Assembly (NCBI GenBank): GCA_965240325.2
Contig: OZ251224.1
Span: 1,922,001 to 1,986,000, forward strand
Direction of reading: 5' to 3'
Source of the DNA: Rebecca billardiae RCC1528
Lineage: Eukaryota > Protista > Haptophyta
DNA length: 64,000 bases
The translations under genes and the position numbers were made by a program. Below are positions 20,858 through 29,427 of the stretch, in pieces (position 1 is the first letter of the stretch; every line of letters begins with the position of its first letter). Below the pieces are notes generated by a model. That model made no database searches and was not told the DNA's origin. It saw only the letters and a program-made list of their open reading frames with translations.

Positions 20858-21145
20858 CGGAAGTGGTACACGATTACCTTGCCCTTGATGGCCATGCCGC
20901 GCACTGCATCGGCTACCTCGAACACAGGCGTATCGTACAGTTTGATGTAGGCCTCAGCATCGAGCAGCTCGATGTCGATGAGATCAAAGGTGCGAGTGCG
21001 CTGGAGGCGCTTGCTCAGGTAGCCGTCGCGAAGCGTGATGGTCGCTCAGGTACTTACCCGATGGCTTGCGCACCTCCGTGCGCCGGCCCTCGTCGAGCCA
21101 CGTCGAGTCACGGTCGAGCGGGAGCGAGACCGTTGGGGTAACCAT
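20854..21145 (-). pseudogene. ASCH/PUA-like small protein gene with a one-base frame break near 21045-21057
   Basis: First frame MVTPTVSLPLDRDSTWLDEGRRTEVRKPSGKYLS continues in the +1 frame as TITLRDGYLSKRLQRTRTFDLIDIELL...KVIVYHFR*. Confidence 0.45.
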
Positions 21146-21157
21146 CGCGCGGTGCGT

Positions 21158-21550
21158 GGCTTCGTGGGGCTCCGTGAGCGCGCTTTTCACCTAAGCCGCT
21201 TGTCTTTAACTACGAACCGCCACGGGCTTCGTGGGGCTTCGTGGGGCTCTGTGAGGGCGCTTTTTCACCTAGACCGCTTGTCTTTAACTACGAACCGCCA
21301 CGGGCTTCGTGGGGGCTTCGTGGGGCTCTGTGAGGGCGCTTTTTCACCTAGACCGCTTGTCTTTAACTACGAACCGCCTTCGTGGGGGCTTCGTGGGGCT
21401 TCGTGGGGCTCTGTGAGGGCGTCCGACGAAACCTTAGTGACGCGGCCAGGGCGCAGGTGTTTCGTCGTCAGCCACGAGGGGCCGAGGGAATGCTCAAAAA
21501 TGAGTTCAGTACGGTGGGGCTTCGTGGGGCTTCGTGGGGCTTCGTGGGGC
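21158..21550. repeat. PLV right subterminal repeats: three ~78-bp units plus 10-bp GGGCTTCGTG runs
   Basis: Repeated CGCTTTT(T)CACCTA..CCGCTTGTCTTTAACTACGAACCGCC blocks; absent from the left end. Confidence 0.85.
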
Positions 21551-21593
21551 GGCTCGGGGCTCGTGGTGGGATGGTGGCTCGTGGGTCGTGGAT

Positions 21594-21775
21594 GCGGCGG
21601 GGTGGTGGCACCGAAGGCTCGGCGGGGTGGTGGCACCGAAGGCTCGGCGGGGGTCGACTGAGAATCGGGGATGACGAAGGCTCGGCGGGGGTCGACTGAG
21701 AATCGGGGATGACGAAGGCTCGGAGGAGGGCTGGGGAGGCGGGGTGGGGTGGCGGCACCGTATACCCCCACACAC
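21594..21775 (-). repeat. PLV right terminal inverted repeat (182 bp)
   Basis: Reverse complement of 5895-6076; ends ...GTATACCCCCACACAC. Confidence 0.95.
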
Positions 21776-21987
21776 TGCTCGCGCGCGGCTGCCATCCGGG
21801 GCGTGCGGTGCGCGCGCCGGATGCCGCAGCGCAGCCCGACGACAGCGCGCGCAGCCTGAGCAGCCGCCTCTGGGAGGCGCGCGTGGGCGTTGGAACCGTA
21901 GGGGCTCTTCTGGGCGTGGTCGGTGTTGCACTGCTCCATCGCCGCCGATTGTCGCCGGAGCAGCCGGGGGGCGTGCGCATGGTCTGA
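21776..21987 (+). pseudogene. Host Pro-rich type-I membrane protein, 3' portion (TM helix and short tail)
   Basis: LLARGCHPG...VGVGTVGALLGVVGVALL-HRRR...V*; joins in frame to 4784-5894 when the PLV is removed. Confidence 0.7.
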
Positions 21988-22223
21988 TGCGTGGCGGCCC
22001 ATGGACACCTCCCGCCGCAGCGCAATAAATCATGCAAAGGACGCGTGGATGAAAATCATCGGGACGGGCGGTAGTGCGTTTGACTGTTTTCCAGTTTTTC
22101 TGGCGCGGTGATTCTTGGCTGCAAAAAAAATCTGCTGGACCAACGCGACCGCGTCCACGCGGCAGCAGGGCTGCCGTCTCCGCCGCGTGCGAAAGCGCTC
22201 GCAGGGGCACCGAACACGCAACT

Positions 22224-24782
22224 ATGGCTGACGATGACTTCATCATGACGATCGACCAGCCAGGCGACGAGGCCGTCGGCGACACCGCCGCCGCCGACGG
22301 CGCCGAGCCCCTTGGCGACGAGGACGACGCGCTCAAGGTGTCGTTTGCGCTCACGGACGCGGCGCCGCGCGCGGCGGCGCGTGCACGCCGGGGCGACGAC
22401 GAGGAGGAGGCCGGGGACGAGCGCGCGCGTGGGGGCTCTGCGTTCGTCGACCTCAAGCTCGTACGCCCCCTGCTCAAGGCCGTCGAGGCGATGGGCTTCG
22501 AGCAGCCCACCAAGGTGCAGGCGCGCACCATCCCGCTCATCCTCGGCGGCGGCGACGTGTGCGGCACGGCGGTGACGGGCAGCGGGAAGACGGCGGCGTT
22601 CATGCTGCCGGTGCTCCAGCGGCTGCTCTACCGCGCGCGCCGCTCGGCCGCCACCGCCGCCGTCGTCCTCCTCCCCACGCGCGAGCTCGCGGTGCAGTGC
22701 CACGCGATGACGTCCAAGCTCGCGCAGTACACGACCATCCAGACGAGCGTGGTCGTGGGCGGGCTGTCGCTCAAGCAGCAGGAGGCGGAGCTGCGCGCGC
22801 GGCCCGACCTCGTCATCGCCACGCCCGGCCGCCTCATCGACCTCACGCGCAACTCGCCCGCCGTCACGCTCGAGTCCGTCGAAGTGCTGGTGCTCGACGA
22901 GGCCGACCGGCTGCTTGAGCTCGGCTTCCGCGACGAGCTGCAGGAGGTGGTGCGGCTGACGCCGCGCAGCCGGCAGACGCTGCTGTTCACCGCGACGCTC
23001 TCGCCCGCCGTGGAGGAGCTCATCGCGATGTCGTGCAACCGGCCCGCCACCGTCAAGGTCGACGAGGACATGGGCGTCGCCACCACGCTCGTGCAGGAGT
23101 TCATCCGCGTGCATGCGGACGGGGCGGGCGCGGAAGGCGGCGCCGCCGCCGCCGCCGCGGTGGGCGGCGGGCTGGAGCGGGAGGCGCACTTGCTCTCGCT
23201 GTGCGCGCGCACGTTCACCACCGGCGTGCTCATCTTCACGCGCTCGCGCTCCCAGGCGCACCGCCTCGCGACGATCCTGCGGCTTTGCGAGCTGCAGGTG
23301 AGGCGCAGCAGCCGCGCGGCGCCGTGTGCGCCAGCGCGCCGTGCGGCGCTGTGCGCGCCCGCGCGCGCGCGGCCGTGGCGCGCGCGCGCTCACGCCGCCA
23401 GCGCGCGCCACCACGGCCTCCTCTCGCCCACCCGCCCGCCCCTCGCGCGCGCCCAGGCCGGCGAGCTGCACGGCGAGCTCACCCAGCTGCAGCGCATGGA
23501 GCAGCTCGAGCGCTTCCGCACGGGCGCGACGCACTTCATGGTGGCGACCGACCTCGCCGGCCGCGGCCTTGACATCCCAAACGTGCAGACGGTGATCAAC
23601 TTCGAGCTGCCCGCGTCGCTGCGCACGTACGTGCACCGCGTGGGGCGCACGGCGCGCGCGGGGCGCAACGGCCGCGCCGTCTCCCTCGTCAGCGGCCGCG
23701 ACAAGCCACTCCTCCAGGACGTGGTCGCGCGCGCCCCCTCGGTCGTCAAGACGAGGATCGTGCCGCGCGCGAGCGTCGAGGAGTGCTCGCTCAGGCTGCA
23801 CGGGCTCACGGCCGAGCTCAGGCGCGTGTTCGCCGCGGAGCGCGAGGACAAGGAGCTGCGCATCGCCGAGATGGAGGTGCGCCCGCGCGCGCGCCCGTGC
23901 GCGCGCGGGATCCCGCCGCGCACGCCGCCGTCGCCCGCGACTGCCGGCCGGCATGGCCGCGCCCGCGCCGCCCTCACCTGCCACCGCCCTCACCTGCCGC
24001 CGCCCTCACCTGCCGCCGCCCTCACCTGCCGCCGCCCTCACCTGCCGCCGCCCTCACCTGCCGCCGCCCTCACCTGCCGCCGCCCTCACCTGCCGCCGCC
24101 CTCACCTGCCGCCGCCCTCACCTGCCGCCGCCCTCACCTGCCGCCGCCCTCACCTGCCGCCGCCCGCCTGCGTGCCGCGTGTCGGCCACGCCCCCACGCG
24201 CGCCCGCCACAGGCGAACAAGGCGAGCAACTTGCTGCAGCACAGCGCCGAGATCCACGCGCGCCCGGCGCGCACGTGGTTCCTGTCCGAGCGCGAGAAGC
24301 GCGAGCGGCAGCGCCTCGCGCGGCGCGAGCAGCCCACGGTGGCGATCACGGCGTCGGACGGCGACGGCGCCGCCGCCACGGGCGGCGCGCGGGCCAACGG
24401 CGCCGCGGGCGGCCAGAAGGAGCTCGAGGGTCGAGCGCGAGACAGCCAGCGGCAGCTCACGCGCAAGCAGCGGCGCAAGCTCGACGCGCAGCGCGAGCTT
24501 GCGGAGGAGACCGGCCTCGACTCGACCGGCATCGCCAAGCAGCAGAAGCTCGCTGCGCGCGGGCACAAGGCACTCGCCAAGCGCAACAGCACGGCGGCCG
24601 AGCAGGCGCTGCGCAAGCAGTTCTCGCGCGCGGAAGCGCGCGGGGGAGCGGCGCAGGGCAGCCGACGGCCTGCGGCGGGCGGCGCGGGCGGGAAGGAGCG
24701 CGCCGCGCCGCGCGCGAAGCCCGCGGCCGCCATCAAGAAGAAGAGCCACTCCAAGTCGAGGCAAATCAAGCGCCGCAAGTGA
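22224..24782 (+). CDS. DDX27: DEAD-box RNA helicase DDX27/DRS1; introns ~23298-23456 and ~23877-24212
   Basis: Q motif GFEQPTKVQ, AVTGSGKT, PTRELA, TPGRL, DEAD, HRVGRTARAG, and the DRS1-typical RPARTWF; GT-AG introns interrupt conserved blocks. Confidence 0.88.
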   Translation: MADDDFIMTIDQPGDEAVGDTAAADGAEPLGDEDDALKVSFALTDAAPRAAARARRGDDEEEAGDERARGGSAFVDLKLVRPLLKAVEAMGFEQPTKVQARTIPLILGGGDVCGTAVTGSGKTAAFMLPVLQRLLYRARRSAATAAVVLLPTRELAVQCHAMTSKLAQYTTIQTSVVVGGLSLKQQEAELRARPDLVIATPGRLIDLTRNSPAVTLESVEVLVLDEADRLLELGFRDELQEVVRLTPRSRQTLLFTATLSPAVEELIAMSCNRPATVKVDEDMGVATTLVQEFIRVHADGAGAEGGAAAAAAVGGGLEREAHLLSLCARTFTTGVLIFTRSRSQAHRLATILRLCELQVRRSSRAAPCAPARRAALCAPARARPWRARAHAASARHHGLLSPTRPPLARAQAGELHGELTQLQRMEQLERFRTGATHFMVATDLAGRGLDIPNVQTVINFELPASLRTYVHRVGRTARAGRNGRAVSLVSGRDKPLLQDVVARAPSVVKTRIVPRASVEECSLRLHGLTAELRRVFAAEREDKELRIAEMEVRPRARPCARGIPPRTPPSPATAGRHGRARAALTCHRPHLPPPSPAAALTCRRPHLPPPSPAAALTCRRPHLPPPSPAAALTCRRPHLPPPSPAAARLRAACRPRPHARPPQANKASNLLQHSAEIHARPARTWFLSEREKRERQRLARREQPTVAITASDGDGAAATGGARANGAAGGQKELEGRARDSQRQLTRKQRRKLDAQRELAEETGLDSTGIAKQQKLAARGHKALAKRNSTAAEQALRKQFSRAEARGGAAQGSRRPAAGGAGGKERAAPRAKPAAAIKKKSHSKSRQIKRRK
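23971..24163 (+). repeat. 16-bp minisatellite (CCCTCACCTGCCGCCG)x12 in DDX27 intron 2
   Basis: Direct count of 12 units. Confidence 0.95.
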
Positions 24783-25402
24783 TCACAGATCAGGCCCAGC
24801 GAAACACTGTACGTGCTCGATGACGATGATGACGATGTGGCGGTGTATTAATATTGTTGTTGATAGGCGATCCTGATGGCGGGCGATCCGCCGTAATACC
24901 CGCCTGATGCTACTGCTGAGCAGCACTGCCGCCGTGACTAACTGACTGATGATGAGTATTGGCGGCAAGTCGGTGATCGATCGACTGATATAACGCTATA
25001 TAGTCATCGCAACTGCTTAGCATCATCACTCATTAGACATTAGTCATCATCCGATGACCGATGGCGATGCCGTGCGGCGTGCGCTCGGAATCTCGCGCTG
25101 AGCCTGAGGTAGTTATAGCAGTACGTAGTAGAAAAGAATAAAGCGCGCATCGTCAGATATAGAAGCAGATATGCGCGAATCAGGCCGCGGCGACATGGAT
25201 GCTGCTGACTCCGAGCACTTGTCGATTCTTGTGTGACACTGCGAACAACAGCAACCACAGCCCTCATGGCCCACTGCGCCAGCCAGCCGTGATCGTCGCG
25301 GCGCGCGTGCTCTCAGCAGCGATTAAATGGAGCCCGGCCGCCAAGCCCATGCACCGAGGTGCCAGTGGCAGCGCACGTGCCGGCGGGGAGCGCGCGCAGC
25401 CA

Positions 25403-26221
25403 CTATGACTCCCGATGTGGGTTCCGCCACATCCCTCGTGTCTCCTTGGCGAGCACAATAACGAGCGTCGCCGGCCGCGCCTGCCCACCCGCTGCCGACG
25501 GCACCACGCCCGGCTCGAGCTCCCAGCGGCACTCCGCCGGTTTGATCCGCGCCTCGGTGAGGATGCGCATGGGCGGCTTATTGACGCCGACGAGTGCGAT
25601 GATGATCGTCTCCGGCTCGAACTGCACCTTCACGTGCTCTCGCTGGCAGGGCGGCGGCATTGACAGCTTGAGGCTCATCTCATCAGGCGTCTGCGTCCAC
25701 GTACCGGCGCGCGCGTCCGACGGCGGCTGCTCGCCGCCGTTTGCGCGCGCAGGGACCTCCCCTCGGCGCTTCCGTACCAAGTGGTACGCCTGCGCGAAGA
25801 CCTCCTTCCCCCAGCCCGCGCGTAGCCGCTCGGCCTCGCGCCGCACGTCCTCGACCTCGGCCTTCAGCTCGTGGTGGGTCACCTGCAGCCCAGAGAGGGT
25901 GGTGCCCGACACGTAGCCGGCCCGATGCATGCGCGGAATGCGCGCGTGGTCGCGCTCGACTCTTTCGATGTGCGGGATCAGCGCCACCGCCCGATTGAGC
26001 AGGCCGACCACCATCTGGTTTGGCGTCGCCTTGCCCTCGGCCTCCTCTTCGAGCAGCTGTGCGTATTGCTGCCGCTCGGGAGTGTCCAGGTCGACGTCGT
26101 ACTGTTCGTTGTCGAGCTCGTCAACGTAGCTCCGCTCCTCGTCACGCGCCATGCGTCGCATCGCGAAGACGCCCACGGCTATCGCCCCGACGGTCAGCAC
26201 GAACGCGAAGGTGAGCAGCAT
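25403..26221 (-). CDS. Sec66/Sec71-like translocon subunit fused to a C-terminal CS (p23/NudC-like) domain
   Basis: N-terminal TM; LLNRAV...G...ELKAEVEDVRREAERLRAGWGKEVFAQA (Sec66 pattern); TWTQT.DEM...VKVQF...IKPAECRW...LVIVLAK...W (CS pattern). Confidence 0.7.
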   Translation of the reverse strand: MLLTFAFVLTVGAIAVGVFAMRRMARDEERSYVDELDNEQYDVDLDTPERQQYAQLLEEEAEGKATPNQMVVGLLNRAVALIPHIERVERDHARIPRMHRAGYVSGTTLSGLQVTHHELKAEVEDVRREAERLRAGWGKEVFAQAYHLVRKRRGEVPARANGGEQPPSDARAGTWTQTPDEMSLKLSMPPPCQREHVKVQFEPETIIIALVGVNKPPMRILTEARIKPAECRWELEPGVVPSAAGGQARPATLVIVLAKETRGMWRNPHRES

Positions 26222-26457
26222 CGCAAGATGAAGGGAATGGCGGCGTTCCGGCCACGCGACGGGATGCAGTGATGCACGGCGGCAAATGACTGAAATGATG
26301 AGTTCCGGTGGTGGCCGAATAATTTTGGCGCGAGGATTTTCTCGCGCGACGACTGCGATGGGACATGCCGGATCCCACGACGAATGACGACGATCCACGG
26401 ACAAGCATGGGGACTGCCTGGTGCTGTCTCGGGGTCGTGGGTACTGGTGCCTCAGCC

Positions 26458-29233
26458 TCAAGCGTCTGACTCTGAGCCGTCGTCAGAGTCTGAGTCCTCT
26501 GGCGCGTCTGAGTCCATGTAGTTTGAGATCACGTCGGAGTCGGAGTCGTCCTCTGCGGCAAGCGAAGCCATCAGGTTGCCCTGCACGCGCAGCTGCTCGA
26601 GCGTGCACTCGAACTCCTCGCTGTAGCCACGGAAGGTGGACTTGCCGTCGGACTCGCTCTTTGTGTGCCTCCCGACATAGATGGGGGGGTCAACATCGTG
26701 CCTGATGGCCGTGATCACGCCTGCGCGCATCGCGGGCATTGGGGCGCGCACTCAGCCGATGCACGTGCGCGCGTGCGCTGCTGCGATGCGCCGGGCGTGC
26801 GTGCGCACCCTCGTGGAAGCGGTCGAGGTTCTCCTTCCTGACGCCCTCCGTGTCGATGAAGAAGTACTTGCCCTGGGGGAAGAGGACGACCGTGCCCACG
26901 CCGACCTCGTCGACGCTTGGCGGAGCGTCGACGCACACCAGCTCGTACGGCTGCACGGTGCCCGACTTGTCGCCGTCGTCCCACGCGAGTGTGAACTGCG
27001 CCGTCGACGCGTCAAAGGCTGCTACCGTGGCCTGTGCACGCACGCGCGCGTGCGCGGGTGCGGGGGTGACGGAAGCGCGTGAGCCGAGGGCGCCGGGCCC
27101 GCAGCTGCTCCCCGGCCGACCGCTTCGCGGGAGCGCGCGGCGCGGCGAATGCGCACGCACCTCGTAGTAGTTGTGCTGCCAGTGGTGCGCGATCACGTGA
27201 TCGCCCACCCGCGGCTCCTTGCGCCGACTGGGCGCGGCGTCCTGCTCGGCCTCGCCCTCGGCAGCCTTGGCGGCCTCGCGCCCGGCGGGGGCCACTGCGG
27301 ATTCGCGCCGGCTGCCATCGGGCGGGCTGATCGCGCTCCTCACGAGCTCGAGCACCTCGTCCGCGGCCGCGTCGAACACCTCGTCGTCCGGCCCCTCCTG
27401 CACGCGCTGGCTGAGCTGCACCGTCTGCAGCCCGCCCGTCACGAGCCCGACCACCGTTTCTTGCCACTCGTTGTCCGCGCCCACGACGACCACCACGCAC
27501 GGCTTCTTGAGCTGCTTCACCGCATACTGCAGCTCCATGCGGCAGTTGTCCGAGCGCGCGTACTCGGTGCTCACGCACGCGACGACCACCTTGGCCGCCT
27601 TCAGCCCGCGCGCAATGTCGGTGAAGAGGCCCGAACCGCCGCCGAGCACCTCGATGTCCAGCCAGGGCGTGAGGCCCGCGGCCGCGATGTGCTTCGCCAG
27701 CCGGCGCGGGTCGGCGAGCTCCGGCCCGCAGAGCGCGGGCACCTGCTGCGCCTCGTGCGCGAGCGCGGAGTTGTGCCAGCAGTACGACACGAACACATCG
27801 CGCGTCGGCCCGCTGTCCACGACGCGGCTCTTCCCTTGCTGCTGCGCGGGCGCGCGCATCAGGCCCTTCACTGTCGTGAGGAGCTCGGCGCACTTGTCGT
27901 CATGCTTGTCGCGCTGCCGGAAGTCGATGTACAGCTCGCCGGCGATGAGCAGGCCGACGAGCGAGGCCATGAACTCCCACGACTCGTCCTTCTCGCCCAC
28001 GATCACCGGCACCACCGACTTGTGCAGCGTCTTCTTCGCGTACTGCAGCTCCTGCACCGCGGCGCGGTCGGCAGCGTACGCGTCCGACAGCGCGGCCACC
28101 ACCACCTTGGCAGACTGCAGCGCGCTCATCGACAGCTCGAGGTCGGTGCCGCCGCTGGTGTCGTGCACGACGGTGAGTCCGGCGTCGCGCAGCAGCGTGA
28201 CCATGTCCTCGATCGGGTTGAACGCCCTCTCGGCGCCGAACTTGAGCGCGCTGGCGCGGTCGACGGGCGAGTGCGACACATACACGTCGCACGCGATGGC
28301 GGCGGCGGGCTCGGTGCCACTCGGGCCGCGGTCGCCGTACGCGGGCGCGCTCATCAGGTCGAGCAGGTTGGGCGCGACGCGCAGCCGCTTGAGCGGCAGC
28401 AGCCACTCGTGGGCGTACCCGCGGTAGGTGGTGTTCAAGCCGTCCTTCTCCCCGCGCATGTGCTCGCCGCGGTACAGCGTCGCGCCACCGTTGTCGCGCT
28501 CGATCGCGGTCACGCGGCCCTCGTACCACCGGTCGTGCACCTGCTCGCCAAACTTGTACTTGCCCTGCGCGAAGAGCACCTGGCTGCCGATCGCAAAGTC
28601 CTCGGGGTCGGGCGTGCGGTCGAGGCACACCTTGTCGAAGGCCTGCACGCGCATCCTCTCGTCCCCGTCGTCCCAGTCCACCGTGAACTCGCGCGCGTCC
28701 GCGTCGAACGAGTTGACCTTGGCAGGATAGTAGTGGTGGTTGATCTGGTGGGCGATCACGTGGTCGCCCGGCTTTGGCACGCGGCGCTTGCGCTGCGGGG
28801 CACCGGCCTGCGCTGCCTGCGCCACTTTGATCTGCAGCGTCGAGTTCTGCGCCTGGAGCCGCTCCACGTCGTGCTGCAGCGCGACGATCTGCGCCTGCTG
28901 GGCAGCCAGCTTGACGGACGCGTGTCGCGCGTGCATCCAGTCGGTCATCTTGTTGAACACGGCGACGAACTCGTCAAACGAGATCTTGCCGTCGCCCGAG
29001 GTGTCGGCCACGTCGAATGCCGAGCTCACAAAGTCGCGCACGCGCTCCGACTCTGTCTCGCGCAGCACAGCCTCCAGCTCGCCGCGCTCGATGAAGCCTG
29101 AACCGTCCGCATCCGCCTTTGCGAACGCCTCGAGCGCGGCCTCCTCCCGCTCCTCCGCGGCGTTCAGCCGCGCCTCGACGGCTGAGGCCGCCGAGCTGGC
29201 CATCTTGGCGCCCGCACTGATCATCCTGTTCAT
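26458..29233 (-). CDS. EF-hand + coiled coil + Tudor/SH3-like repeat + tandem TIR + Tudor/SH3-like repeat protein; introns 27032-27160 and 26721-26808; start uncertain
   Basis: EF loops DADGSGFIERGE and DTSGDGKISFDE; TIR1 DVYVSHS...VVVAALSDAY...QELQYA; TIR2 DVFVSYCW...WLDIE...VVVACVSTEYARSDNCRMELQYA; duplicated GDHVIAH...WDDGD...VLFxQGKY...RGY module. Confidence 0.8.
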
Positions 29234-29427
29234 CGCCACCCCGCGCGCGGCGAAGCGCGCCACCTGCCCTACAGTACCGCTCCGAGAGGTCGGCGGCGCG
29301 GCCGGTGGGGCCGCAAGCGGGCCCGCAGCGAATGATGATAACGGATTTCGTCCCGCACTCCCGCATGCAGAATACTGTACGACTCGTCACGTGGCTACGG
29401 CCACGACGCCGCGGCCCACCCACGAGG

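Larger units (their letters stand above)
5895..21775. mobile_element. Endogenous Polinton-like virus (pPolB-type, no recognisable integrase), ~15.9 kb
   Basis: 182-bp TIRs enclose tightly packed, essentially intronless ORFs for pPolB, MCP, penton, A32 ATPase, lipase and Tlr6F-like protein, separated by short AT-rich spacers. Confidence 0.93.

Noticed and set aside
5895-21775. PLV removed as a spliceosomal intron from the host gene
   Set aside because: The ends read GT...AC on both strands, not GT...AG, and the element contains many internal genes and likely terminators.
22056-23993. Long antisense ORFs (also 27149-29101, 29395-31314, 43522-46353, 60020-61405)
   Set aside because: Shadow frames of real GC3-rich genes on the opposite strand.
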